39,258 nt of DNA from an uncultured Deferribacteres bacterium (GCA_964014485.1 CAXHAT010000061.1:1-39258); one strand, 5' to 3'; shown: positions 1 through 9,190, counted from the stretch's first letter. Translations and numbers: made by a program. The notes: generated by a model not told the origin, from the sequence alone.

Positions 1-97
1 ACAAACGCACCCAATCGCCTTCCGGGCCATAAGCCTTTTCAAACGCTTCCCGCGACCCCGACTTGACGCGATATTTCCAGACGTAGACGTAACTCAT
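1..97 (-). CDS. Partial CDS (runs off window edge), probable antibiotic-biosynthesis-monooxygenase (ABM)-like dimeric alpha/beta barrel protein
   Basis: Manual translation MSYVYVWKYRVKSGSREAFEKAYGPEGDWVRL...; ATG at 97-95 overlaps the stop codon of the VOC gene (ATGA coupling). Not in the ORF track. Confidence 0.55.
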   Translation of the reverse strand, partial: MSYVYVWKYRVKSGSREAFEKAYGPEGDWVRL

Positions 98-492
98 GAC
101 GATTTTTGGGGCGGCGGCTCCTGACCAAAAAGCAGAATGTGCCCGTCGGGATCGATGATTTCAAATTCCTTCATACCATAAAACCTGACCGATAACTCAC
201 TGGCTTGCCAGCCCTTTTCAACGACGGAAGCATGGAGCGCGCTAACGTTTTCCGGATAGAAATAATAAACCGCCTGCGGGTATTTGCCGTCGGTTTTCCT
301 GGAATAGGTCGGGCTGGCGAGCATGAGTCGGGCGTTGCCGTTTTTCAGCGCCGCCCAACCGCTCTTGCCGACGTCGTCCATGCGATCAACGACTTCAAAG
401 CCTAACAAGTCACGGTAGAATTTGATCGATTTCTGCACGTCATCGCACATCAGCATGGGTCTGAGATCGTGCAACTGCGTTGGTTTTTTCAT
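94..492 (-). CDS. VOC family (glyoxalase/bleomycin resistance) protein
   Basis: Motifs PMLMCDDVQKSIKFYRDLLGF and FYGMKEFEIIDPDGHILLFGQ; GGAG RBS upstream. Confidence 0.9.
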   Translation of the reverse strand: MKKPTQLHDLRPMLMCDDVQKSIKFYRDLLGFEVVDRMDDVGKSGWAALKNGNARLMLASPTYSRKTDGKYPQAVYYFYPENVSALHASVVEKGWQASELSVRFYGMKEFEIIDPDGHILLFGQEPPPQKSS

Positions 493-590
493 CGACTTGC
501 TCCATTCTTTTTTTCGTTTAATTCTTCAAATACAACCGAGATTCCGCACACAAGAACAAGAATTGGAGATGGAAACAATCTCTTTCTCTC

Positions 591-828
591 ATTAGCCGCG
601 CGCTTCAGCGCGTGGACTTGGTCAGGCGCTCTTCTTTTCCTGGGGCTGTCCAAAAACATGAAAAACGCCCGTTTTACGTCATTCCCGCGCAGGCGGGAAT
701 CTTTTAAAAACAACGACTTAGAGATTCCCGTCTACGCGGGAATGACGTGGAAATCAATGTTTTTGGACAGCCCCAGGAAGAGGGGATGAATTTGCGCTCA
801 TTCCTACGCGCTGAAGCGCGCAGCTAAT
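591..828. repeat. Triple-nested inverted-repeat element (REP pair enclosing a MITE-like shell enclosing a GTCATTCCCGCG-type REP pair)
   Basis: Outer IR 591-616/802-828 (ATTAGCCGCGCGCTTCAGCGCGT); middle IR 634-659/757-782 (CTTTTCCTGGGGCTGTCCAAAAACAT, 1 mismatch); inner IR 676-702/722-748 (ACGTCATTCCCGCGCAGGCGGGAATCT, 2 mismatches). Confidence 0.9.
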
Positions 829-941
829 AAAAATCTCCTCGCATCATCTACCTTCCCCTGTGAATTTTGAATTCGCCAACAGTATCCTTCAGGGCGGCGG
901 CAAGAGCGTCCTTCCCCTTCTCCCCGCCACGCTAGCGCGGC

Positions 942-1198
942 CTAACCCTTACCCATAAGTTGGGCTGGGCGGTTTGAAAAAAGCCCTCGTATAATGAAAG
1001 TGCTCGAACGGCCGCGCCTTCTTCAAAGCCCTGAAAGGGCGGCATAATGCAGCGTCGAAGCCAGGACGGCGATTTATTTCGCCCTTTCAGGGCTTTGTGA
1101 AAACAAAATTGCCTCGGATTTCCAGGGCTTCGCCCTTCGCTATTCCATTCCGCTCCTTTGGAGCTATACACTTGCCCAGACTTATGGGTAAGGGTTAG
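942..1198. mobile_element. 257-bp non-autonomous MITE with IS50/Tn5-like 19-bp terminal inverted repeats and 8-bp target-site duplication, carrying REP-like palindromes
   Basis: Perfect TIR CTAACCCTTACCCATAAGT at 942-960 and 1180-1198; direct repeat AGCGCGGC at 934-941 and 1199-1206; internal AAAGCCCTGAAAGGGCG / CGCCCTTTCAGGGCTTT pair. Confidence 0.85.
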
Positions 1199-1236
1199 AG
1201 CGCGGCGGGGAGAAGAAAAGTGTGATTTTACCAAAA

Positions 1237-1262
1237 CCCCGGCTTGAAACCCGGGGCTAATG
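1237..1262. repeat. Single REP-like hairpin (TAGCC + hairpin type)
   Basis: CCCCGG-CTTGAAAC-CCGGGG followed by CTAATG; the reverse complement starts CATTAGCC like the repeat at 591. Confidence 0.6.
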
Positions 1263-1496
1263 AAAGGCAAAACCTCATCAGGCGCAAAAGACGTCTTGCA
1301 GCCGAACTAAAAATGTCGAAAAAGCGCTCTTTCAACAAATGATTTCAAATGTGACAATTGACGTGCGGAATATCGGATAGATCAGTTTGTTTATTAGTCT
1401 GGCTCAAAAACGGGAATGTTGCATTGTCGATCAAAATCCGCACGCCGGGCGTTTGCAAGCGTCCGGCGTGCGATAGATCAGAAACAAGCGATTCGA

Positions 1497-1868
1497 TTAA
1501 TTATTCGGCGGCGGCGCGCCCGGATTGGATCCGATGGATTGTCCTCCGGCGGCCCCCGGCGCGTCAGGTTTGGTGTGTTGCACCTCGCCGACAAACGCCG
1601 TGCGATAAAACGCCGACCAGGCCGCTTCGGCAGCCTGTTTCGCGCCCGAAAAAAGATTCAGGAAAAAACTTCCCGTTTCCTGGGCGATTCCGGTGAATTC
1701 TTCATCAAACTGCAAATTGTCAGTCTGACCTTGATCCGCCATAGCGGCGCTTTGCGATTGATAATCCGGCTCAGGATCGAGCGGTCGGTGAGGCGCGTCC
1801 GGCTGGGCTTGCAACGCCGTGCTCATAGCCAGAAAACCGAAACATGTCAGCAAAAGAGTTTTTTTCAT
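1497..1868 (-). CDS. Small secreted hypothetical protein (123 aa), Pro/Gln/acidic-rich termini
   Basis: Start moved to MKKTLLLTCFGFLAMSTALQA (Sec signal peptide-like) with GGAG RBS upstream. Confidence 0.7.
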   Translation of the reverse strand: MKKTLLLTCFGFLAMSTALQAQPDAPHRPLDPEPDYQSQSAAMADQGQTDNLQFDEEFTGIAQETGSFFLNLFSGAKQAAEAAWSAFYRTAFVGEVQHTKPDAPGAAGGQSIGSNPGAPPPNN

Positions 1869-1958
1869 CACATTCTCCATTTGTTGGTTGAGAATTTTAC
1901 GGACTTGACACGTGTCGGCGATTGAGACCGCACAATTGAAAGAAAGATTCGCAAACGT

Positions 1959-1984
1959 ATGTCCGAAAACGGGTTTTCGGACAT
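1959..1984. promoter_or_regulatory. Palindromic operator candidate GTCCGAA-N8-TTCGGAC
   Basis: 12-bp perfect IR ATGTCCGAAAAC-GG-GTTTTCGGACAT about 90 nt upstream of the 1868 start; same core motif at 10038-10061. Confidence 0.6.
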
Positions 1985-2059
1985 GAGCTCGATGCATGCG
2001 CTGCCATCTCTCTTAAGCGCTTAGCTCATCGGATCTGAAATATTCATCACGAACAGAAA

Positions 2060-2097
2060 CGGTTTGCATTGACAAACCGCAATCTGTAAATTATAGC
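2060..2097 (+). promoter_or_regulatory. Putative sigma70 promoter with overlapping operator palindrome for the TA operon
   Basis: TTGACA at 2069-2074, 17-bp spacer, TATAGC at 2092-2097; IR CGGTTTG-N6-CAAACCG (2060-2079) covers the -35. Confidence 0.5.
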
Positions 2098-2159
2098 CAG
2101 CATTGAATTTTTTGTTTTATACAGATTTTTGTGAACTGATTTAAAGGCGCTTACTGATC

Positions 2160-2462
2160 ATGAACGCCACATCCCCTCATTCTGATGTTCTAACGCTGGA
2201 AGAAGCGGCGGATTACCTTCGAATCTCTAAAGAGCTTATTAGAGAGCAAGCTCTTAAAGGGAGAATCCCTGGCCGGCGAATCGATCAACATTGGCGGTTT
2301 CTAAAAAACGCGATCGACGAGTGGCTGCGAAATTACACAGGCCGCGATTTGCTGATGAACCAGGCCGGAGCGCTGGCTGATGACGCGACTCTGGCAGCAC
2401 TTCGCGATGCGATCTATCTTGAACGCGAACGGCCAGAATCCGATTCTCAAGTCGTTTCTTGA
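2160..2462 (+). CDS. Excisionase-type helix-turn-helix (HTH_17) protein, putative antitoxin
   Basis: VLTLEEAADYLRIS...GRIPGRRIDQHWRFLKNAIDEWL; TGATG overlap with the downstream PIN gene. Confidence 0.85.
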   Translation: MNATSPHSDVLTLEEAADYLRISKELIREQALKGRIPGRRIDQHWRFLKNAIDEWLRNYTGRDLLMNQAGALADDATLAALRDAIYLERERPESDSQVVS

Positions 2463-2881
2463 TGCATCTTATCGATACCGATATTCTCACACACCTGCAT
2501 GCCGGGCGGCCCCGCGTGGTTAGGGCGATGGAACAACTTGACGATCCTGACGCATGTATAACCATCGTTACGCAGATTGAACTTCTTCGAGGCAGGTTTG
2601 ATTTTCTTCTGAAAGCTTCGACAAGCGATGAACTGCTTCGAGCGCAGGCTTTGCTTCGGCGCACGCAAGAATTGCTCTCTCAAATCATCATAATCCCGTT
2701 CGACGAAGCGGCGGCTTCTCACTTTGATCGTTTGCGCAAGAACAAAAAGATGAGAAAAATTGGACGAGCGGATTTGATTATCGCCAGTATCGCTTTGGCA
2801 AATCATGCAACGCTTGTTACTCGAAATCTGCGCCATTTTAAACAGGTTCCGGGGTTAAAAATCGTCAATTGGCTGCCGTAG
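2462..2881 (+). CDS. vapC: PIN-domain VapC family toxin
   Basis: HLIDTDIL, ITIVTQIELLRG, ADLIIASIAL, TLVTRNLRHF motifs. Confidence 0.92.
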   Translation: MHLIDTDILTHLHAGRPRVVRAMEQLDDPDACITIVTQIELLRGRFDFLLKASTSDELLRAQALLRRTQELLSQIIIIPFDEAAASHFDRLRKNKKMRKIGRADLIIASIALANHATLVTRNLRHFKQVPGLKIVNWLP

Positions 2882-2936
2882 TCAAAACTGCTTCACCCTC
2901 CCTGCCTTTTCTTAACTGTTTTCTTGCGTTGAATTT

Positions 2937-4970
2937 CTAATCCACTCCCAGCTTTTTCAAGAATCGTTTCGCACCACCATTGTCCGGATTGAGCGCCAAA
3001 GACTTTCGGTAAAAATCAATCGCCCGTTGCTTGTCGTCGCTGACCATGTAGGCTTCCGCCAGACTGTCGTAGACGTTCCAGGACTTTGGGAACAACGCGA
3101 CGTTCGCTTGAAAAACGCGAATTGCCGATTCGTACTCGCCGGAGCGCAGATAGCGATACCCTGCGATGTTCATGCGGTGTTCCAGCAGCATTTTTTTGTT
3201 TAAATTGGCCTTGTTATCCGTCAAAAATTTAAGCGCCGCTTCGAGTCTTTGTGATTCGATTGCCCGGATCGGCTCCGAAGGGCCAAAGAGTAATAAAGGG
3301 CCGATTTCGCCGCCGCTAATGTTGCCGCCGTCGATGATTGCGAGGGGATGTGTGTATTTGTCCGGGAGACGGGGAAATTTTTTCTCTACGCCTCGCCAGT
3401 CGAAGACAAGCGCTTCGATCCGGCCGTTCTCAAGTTTCGCTCTTGTCATCGTCACGCCGGAAATGTCCGTCGCAAACACTTTTTCGTTGAGCGGATAGAG
3501 ATCAGATTTGAAATTTCCCAACCAATTTGGGCCGTCAATATGGTCGGTGACGGTAAAAGAAAGCCGGCCGCCGTTCTGTTGTAATTCGAGAGTTTGGTAC
3601 GGGCTGAAGCGATAGCGTCCGACGTATTTCCGCGCTTCCGTGATTGGCAAAGCGGCGTTCGCGGCTTGCGATTGAATGCGTAAAATCGCCTCAAGCGCCG
3701 GGTCGTGACCTTCAAGAAAATCCTTATACGCAAGTTCAACCGGCAGATCCGGTTCGATCCAGCGTCGCGCGTCTTCGTCGATACTGCACTGCCACCAGCG
3801 TTCGGAAATATGAACCTTCAGTTTTGAGTTCGGCAGAGTTACGATTCGCGCGTCGCCGAACAAGTTGACGCCTTGGCCGGAAGGTTCGCCGACAAATATC
3901 GTCTTGCTGCGATTCTCCAACATGCCGCAAGCCAACATAGCGGCAGAGTAGGTTTTGGCGCTGATGATCGTGAACAAGCGATCTTTGCGGTTGATTTTTT
4001 GGTGGCGGCTGATCAATTCCACCAAAGGGACGGCGATGTTGGCGCTGCCGCCGCCGTTCGAGCGCAAATCGAGTACAAAACGGTCAAATTCATTGGCGTC
4101 GACAAAGCGCTTCAACCGTCTCGCGAATTCGACCGAAGTTTCGCCGTCCGGTTGATCGCGCATCACGTCCATATAAACGAACAGCGTTTTGCTGTCGGCG
4201 AGATAATTGAAGCCGTAGTACTTTTTTTTGCGGTCTTTCAAATCGTTCGCGCCCCACGGAACATTAAGGCGTTCACGCACTTCCTCGCTGCTTCGCCAGG
4301 TTTCGTGCTCGGCGTAGGGAATTGGCGAAATATTGAGCGTAAATTGCTCGCCGTTATCTTCTTCAAAAACAAAATTCGTCGCGCCGATTCTTGGGATAAT
4401 CTTTTCCGCTAGCAGCAGTTCCGCGATGGGCAAATGACGGCCAAAACGCACTTTTTTGAAAAAATCATTTTCTGCGCTCATCAGCGGATGGAGCGCGAAA
4501 AGCACGGAGTCGACCTGTGTGTCGTGAACTTTGATCAGCCTCGCGCCGATAGCTTTTTCGAAAGGCGGTTTGGCGGCGCGGATAAAAAAGCCGTCACTGA
4601 AATACTCGCCGAAAATCGGAAAGAAATGAACGTCAGCGTTCTGCTGCGTTGCGCTCATACCCGAATGCCCGTCTTTGAGTAGGACGGTCAATTTCATCAA
4701 TTCGGCCAGACGCTCCTCTGGCGATAAATCGGGCATGGAAGCGTCAAATTTTTGCACAGCGGCGCTCAGTTTTTGCGGCGAAATCAACGCATCGAGATCG
4801 CGATGCACCTGCCGCATCGAATCGGCGAGCGCTTGCAAATCATCGCGCCATTGTTCAACCGTGAGCGTACGCCAGGGCGCTTTGGCTTGCGCCCAAATAG
4901 TGGAGAAACCGCTAATCGACAAAATGCCAAAGAAAAAAAAAGTAGCGATCACAAATTGTTTTTTAAGCAT
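2937..4970 (-). CDS. Secreted S41-family peptidase-like protein with C-terminal TPR
   Basis: Signal peptide; DGHS, VLDLRSNGGG, TYSAA, FVGEPSG, IEPDLPV motifs; C-terminal NVYDSLAEAY...YRKSLALNPDN TPR. Confidence 0.85.
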   Translation of the reverse strand: MLKKQFVIATFFFFGILSISGFSTIWAQAKAPWRTLTVEQWRDDLQALADSMRQVHRDLDALISPQKLSAAVQKFDASMPDLSPEERLAELMKLTVLLKDGHSGMSATQQNADVHFFPIFGEYFSDGFFIRAAKPPFEKAIGARLIKVHDTQVDSVLFALHPLMSAENDFFKKVRFGRHLPIAELLLAEKIIPRIGATNFVFEEDNGEQFTLNISPIPYAEHETWRSSEEVRERLNVPWGANDLKDRKKKYYGFNYLADSKTLFVYMDVMRDQPDGETSVEFARRLKRFVDANEFDRFVLDLRSNGGGSANIAVPLVELISRHQKINRKDRLFTIISAKTYSAAMLACGMLENRSKTIFVGEPSGQGVNLFGDARIVTLPNSKLKVHISERWWQCSIDEDARRWIEPDLPVELAYKDFLEGHDPALEAILRIQSQAANAALPITEARKYVGRYRFSPYQTLELQQNGGRLSFTVTDHIDGPNWLGNFKSDLYPLNEKVFATDISGVTMTRAKLENGRIEALVFDWRGVEKKFPRLPDKYTHPLAIIDGGNISGGEIGPLLLFGPSEPIRAIESQRLEAALKFLTDNKANLNKKMLLEHRMNIAGYRYLRSGEYESAIRVFQANVALFPKSWNVYDSLAEAYMVSDDKQRAIDFYRKSLALNPDNGGAKRFLKKLGVD

Positions 4971-5025
4971 CCTGACTTTAGCTTACTCAAGGAGTTTACC
5001 GAACGAATGAAATTGAAGGCAGGTT

Positions 5026-5352
5026 ATGTACTCGATTGTTGTGCGCCGTTCGCGGCAAAACGGCGGATTTGCCGCTTCCGTGCCAATGCTGCCTGGTTGT
5101 CGAAGCCAGGGCAAAACGGAAGAAGAAGCTTTGAACAAAATTCGCACGGCGATTGCCGAGCATCTGAAAGAAGCCAAAATTGTCAGAATTCAGATCGAAG
5201 ACGACGCACTTCCCGCTGAAAACCCGTGGCAATCGATTGCGGGCATGTTCGAAGATGATCCGGTTTTTGAAAAAGTTGACCGTGAGATTAGAAAAAACCG
5301 CCGCGGTGTTGACAAGGAAACCCGGATTCGCCTGGATTCTTGTCGAAAATGA
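5026..5352 (+). CDS. HicB-like antitoxin family protein, no adjacent toxin
   Basis: ASVPMLPGCRSQGKTEEEALNKIRTAI HicB-type N-terminus; C-terminal NPWQSIAGMFEDDP. Confidence 0.8.
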   Translation: MYSIVVRRSRQNGGFAASVPMLPGCRSQGKTEEEALNKIRTAIAEHLKEAKIVRIQIEDDALPAENPWQSIAGMFEDDPVFEKVDREIRKNRRGVDKETRIRLDSCRK

Positions 5353-5436
5353 GACTCATGAATTATTCTGATTACGGTCTTTTTGTCCCGTATGATCTGA
5401 TAAACCAGTCTGTGCTGGATATTAAATGTCACGCTG

Positions 5437-6303
5437 TTATAGGCTTGGCGTCCAGTCACGGTTCTCGTTCTTCGTCAGTTGTTTAAGTCGTCGGCTAACC
5501 AGATCGAGAGCGTAAATCTCCATATCGCCGTCTCGATCCGACGCAAAGAAAATGCTGCCGCCGTCAGGAGACCAGACCCCGCCCCAATCGTTCGCATTGT
5601 GTTCAGTCAGATTCTCGATTGTTCCAGTTTCTAATTTGATCCGAAGCACATCGAACTGATCAGTCCGAGATCTGACGAGGATCTCTGTGCCGTTCGGAGA
5701 CACTACGGGAAATCCCGCACGAGGCAGCCCGCTCACAACTACCGACCGATCTCCGGTTTTCAAGTGGCGCCGCATGAGAGACGTCGCCGATCCGGAACCG
5801 GCAATGTAGAAGAGTTCGTCGCCGTCTTTGTTCCAAGCTGGGGTAATTTCTTCCACCGACGGAGTGTCAGTCAGACGGCGCAAGCGCCCGCTATCGATTT
5901 CCAGGACAGCAATATCATGAGTTCCGTTATCACCTGACTGCAAAGTGACCGCCAGTTCGCGTCCATCCGGAGACCATGCCAGGCCAAAATCCGCATCCGG
6001 CGTCTCGCGAACCAACTTCTTTGCTGAACCATTAACGGCCATTCGCCATATGGCAACTTGCCCCGAACGGTCGCTAATCCAGGCGATTTGTTTGCGATCC
6101 GGCGAAAGCGCTGGAGCCTGATCCTTTCCACGATGCTGCGAGAGGTTTACCTGCCGCCGACCATCCGATTGCATCGAATAGATTTCCCTATTTCCGTCGC
6201 GATCCGACACAAAGACCACAACATCTTGACTCAAGCTCGACGGCGGACAGACGCCCGCCAGCACGAACAAGCTCAGCAGTCCTGCGATTCTTCTTCTCAT
6301 CAT
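5437..6303 (-). CDS. Secreted TolB-like beta-propeller (PD40 repeats)
   Basis: FVSDRDGNREIY, SPDRKQIAW, WSPDGRELA, WSPDGGSIFFASDRDGDMEIY; start moved to MMRRRIAGLLSLFVLAG signal peptide. Confidence 0.85.
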   Translation of the reverse strand: MMRRRIAGLLSLFVLAGVCPPSSLSQDVVVFVSDRDGNREIYSMQSDGRRQVNLSQHRGKDQAPALSPDRKQIAWISDRSGQVAIWRMAVNGSAKKLVRETPDADFGLAWSPDGRELAVTLQSGDNGTHDIAVLEIDSGRLRRLTDTPSVEEITPAWNKDGDELFYIAGSGSATSLMRRHLKTGDRSVVVSGLPRAGFPVVSPNGTEILVRSRTDQFDVLRIKLETGTIENLTEHNANDWGGVWSPDGGSIFFASDRDGDMEIYALDLVSRRLKQLTKNENRDWTPSL

Positions 6304-6418
6304 ATCTCTTGCACCTAATTGAAAACAACGGTCGTCCGGGGTTAAATTAGTTGAATAACATAGCCATAAATGACTTGATCTCCGCATCAGACATCATGTT
6401 TGTTCTCAACCGGTACGC

Positions 6419-8188
6419 TTACCACCGGCGATGCTCGACGAAATTCCGCCATGCTTCCGTATCGACGATTTCGATTTTCTGCAGTACTAACTTGCCGCTC
6501 GTGTAGCCGAATTCGTCCGGCAGATCGATTTGGTACTCCACAAAATAACCATCCTTTTTGCTCACCCAAATCACGCCGCCGCGATTTTCCAACCCGGCGC
6601 CGTCAATTGCGTACTTGCGGCATAAAGTCCCCTGACGCAGTTCTTCACCGGCAAACACAACTTCGACCGACCCTTTGTTAACAAAGCGCGGCCTGCCGCC
6701 GAGTTGAGCGAAATCGGCAATTCCAACAGCGAAGGATTTTTCCGGGTCGATGAGGTAAGGAAAACTAAAATTCAGGCTGGCAAAATCGAAATCATAGCTG
6801 TGCCAGGGAAAACGTTCGATGGTCAGCGTATCCGACGGGTTTGCGCCAATTTTTACCGCAACTTGCCCGCCCGGCAGCGCGTCGAGCGTGGCGGCCAACG
6901 ATCTCCGACCGCTGGAATTGATCTTGTAGGATTCGAAACGCCGAACCGAAAACGTCTCCCAATCCACTTCAGCAACCACCAGTGACGCCTGAGCGTCGTC
7001 TGCACGCCATTTGAGCGACTCCAGCCGGTCTCGCGCCGCGACGTAGAGCGAAATATTGCCGCGATTACTCCCGTCGATGTTTGATTTTTCGTAATGATAC
7101 ACCGCGCCGATTTTGATTTTATCTGGCTCATATCGAAAAAATGGAATCGTCGATTCCGCATCTCCGGAAGACGAGATGACGCCGTGCTTTTTCAGCCAGG
7201 CGCCGACAATTTCGTCGGTGCGCACAGGCTTTCCGCTTTTGACGTTATTGAAGTTATGATCAGCGCCCTCGATGACATGAATTTCATGGTTTGCGTGACC
7301 CGTCTCAATCAAACGCTTTATTGTCGCGATGGAAGCGTTGGTCGGGATGACCGTGTCTTCCGTGCCGAAAATCCACAGCATCTTAGCAGTCGCCGAGCGC
7401 AAAGTTGGGGCGGGATCGAAACCATTCGGGCCGTTGTATTTCGCCATCAGACGATCCGCCTCCGCGACTGAGACTTCACCGCCGGTTTCACTGCCGAGCA
7501 GCAGCCTTTCATGATACGCCTCTTCACCGGCGGAAAGCGGCGTGCCCGCGAAAATAACAATAAAGCTCGCATCATCGGCTTTCGAAGCCGCAAGCGGCAT
7601 GATCCACCCCGCTTGACTGCCGCCCAAAAAACCGATGCGCGCCGGATCGACCTCGCTTTGCTTTTTCAACCAGTTCAGCACCGCCCGCGCGTCGTTCGCC
7701 AATTCGTCAAAGATGGCTTCACTTTTTTGAACGGAGAACCGCCTGAACGTGCCGGTCGATTCGCCGACGCCTCTTTTGTCGTAGGCCAAAACCGCCATGC
7801 CGAAGTCGAGGCAGAGCCCCGTAAAAAAACTGACCTCGTGCCTTGTGCTTGGGGCCGAGCCGTGAACGATGACGACGGCGGGCAATTTTCCAACCCGATT
7901 TTTCGGAAGATAGAAACTGGCGCGCAGGCGCACGTCGTCGGATTCGATCCACACGTCCGTCGTGTCCACGGCGCGGCGCTTCTCAACTTTCGGCGTCGCT
8001 TTTTTTGCGATCAGGTTCATACCGCAAATGCGACACGTTCCCGGCGCATCGTATTCGTCGTCGTGGCAATCGACATTGCACGGCGGGCAGACGAAGACTT
8101 CTTTCGCCTCTTGTTGAGCGTTAATTTTAAACGAGAAAGCGGACGACAAAACGATGATGACAGCGAGAACACGGATAAAATTGTTCAT
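6419..8188 (-). CDS. Secreted alpha/beta hydrolase (S9-like) with N-terminal Cys/His heavy-metal-binding-like motif and unknown C-terminal domain
   Basis: Signal peptide; CPPC..CH...PGTCRICGMNL; VHGSAP, YDKRGVGES, GGSQAG nucleophile, GTEDTVIP, GADHNF. Confidence 0.85.
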   Translation of the reverse strand: MNNFIRVLAVIIVLSSAFSFKINAQQEAKEVFVCPPCNVDCHDDEYDAPGTCRICGMNLIAKKATPKVEKRRAVDTTDVWIESDDVRLRASFYLPKNRVGKLPAVVIVHGSAPSTRHEVSFFTGLCLDFGMAVLAYDKRGVGESTGTFRRFSVQKSEAIFDELANDARAVLNWLKKQSEVDPARIGFLGGSQAGWIMPLAASKADDASFIVIFAGTPLSAGEEAYHERLLLGSETGGEVSVAEADRLMAKYNGPNGFDPAPTLRSATAKMLWIFGTEDTVIPTNASIATIKRLIETGHANHEIHVIEGADHNFNNVKSGKPVRTDEIVGAWLKKHGVISSSGDAESTIPFFRYEPDKIKIGAVYHYEKSNIDGSNRGNISLYVAARDRLESLKWRADDAQASLVVAEVDWETFSVRRFESYKINSSGRRSLAATLDALPGGQVAVKIGANPSDTLTIERFPWHSYDFDFASLNFSFPYLIDPEKSFAVGIADFAQLGGRPRFVNKGSVEVVFAGEELRQGTLCRKYAIDGAGLENRGGVIWVSKKDGYFVEYQIDLPDEFGYTSGKLVLQKIEIVDTEAWRNFVEHRRW

Positions 8189-8214
8189 TATTTCCTCAAA
8201 TCAGGGAGCTATTC

Positions 8215-8444
8215 AATTTTGTGACTTAACGCAGAGACGCTAAGTTCGGAGAGCTTCGCGGAGTTTTTAAGACAAGAGTTGAAAACCCTGCTCATGGTTT
8301 TTTGGTCGCTTGGTTCTGATCGCCCCGAATTCTCAAATTGGTTTTTTTCGGCGTTACTCAGCGTCCTTTGCGTTTTGTAAAGTCTTGCCAAAAAGCTTGT
8401 GCTCGAATACTTTTGTCGAGTACGGCGGAAAATGACTTAACAAA
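8215..8444. repeat. About 230-bp dispersed repeat, copy 1 (AACGCAGAGACGC-type)
   Basis: Homologous in inverted orientation to 12748-12986; 24-bp identical block 8385-8408 vs 12784-12807 and CTTAACGCAGAGACGC at 8225-8240 vs 12961-12976. Confidence 0.85.
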
Positions 8445-8446
8445 CA

Positions 8447-9178
8447 CTAAAGCCTGACCAACTCAATCGTCATATTTTGCTCGAGCACGTCGATTTTGAC
8501 GATGCGTCGGGGCGTTGTTTGCGAGACGTAAAAAATGTTGGACACGCCTTGCGCGCCATTCTTCAGCAATGCAACCGGCGTCGTCTCGAACTCGCCCGCC
8601 GCGACTTTAACGCGCTCCGATTTTCGAACTTCAAATCGCACCTCCCAAATCTGGCCGGACAGGGCGCTGAATATTTTCATCGGCTGCTTGCGTCCGGGGT
8701 TTAGCTCCAGCGAGGGCAGCATTCCGACAAAAATTTCGCGCGGCGTCGTTTCAGCGTAAAGGCTGTCAATCTCAAAAACTTTTGATCCGCCCTTGCCGTC
8801 TTCGCGAACGATCTTGCCCTTGGCATGGCCCGCTTGCCAGGAAATGTTGTTCGACAGTTTCCAGCCCTGCGATTGGCTCGCCATAACGATGTCGAAAGTG
8901 TAGCGGCTGAGGGTTTTAGAATCGACTTCCATGACGGCGTCCTCGCGTATCTGACCGTCGAGAATGGAAACGTCCTTGAACACGATTTCGTCCCTGCCTT
9001 TTTCAACCTCCCAGCGCCAACTGCCGACCTTCTTGCCGTCGATGAACATTTGAAATGAATCGACGCGCGTTTCAAGATGTTTCAAATTGACGGGAAAGCC
9101 GTGCCAAAATTGTTTTTCCTGCGCAAAAGAGGTTGCCGCAAGAGCAATGACTAGCGAAACAAGGAAAACTTTTTTCAT
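8447..9178 (-). CDS. Secreted protein, DUF3108-like
   Basis: MKKVFLVSLVIALAATSFA signal peptide; C-terminal ERVKVAAGEFET motif typical of DUF3108. Confidence 0.65.
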   Translation of the reverse strand: MKKVFLVSLVIALAATSFAQEKQFWHGFPVNLKHLETRVDSFQMFIDGKKVGSWRWEVEKGRDEIVFKDVSILDGQIREDAVMEVDSKTLSRYTFDIVMASQSQGWKLSNNISWQAGHAKGKIVREDGKGGSKVFEIDSLYAETTPREIFVGMLPSLELNPGRKQPMKIFSALSGQIWEVRFEVRKSERVKVAAGEFETTPVALLKNGAQGVSNIFYVSQTTPRRIVKIDVLEQNMTIELVRL

Positions 9179-9190
9179 GGGGACGCCTGT

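Noticed and set aside
469..1270. ORFs 469-789, 489-713 and 932-1270
   Set aside because: They are translations of REP/MITE palindromes with no protein-family features.
2160..2462. Excisionase-like HTH as a prophage or ICE marker
   Set aside because: No integrase or phage genes nearby, and it is translationally coupled to a PIN toxin, so an antitoxin role fits better.
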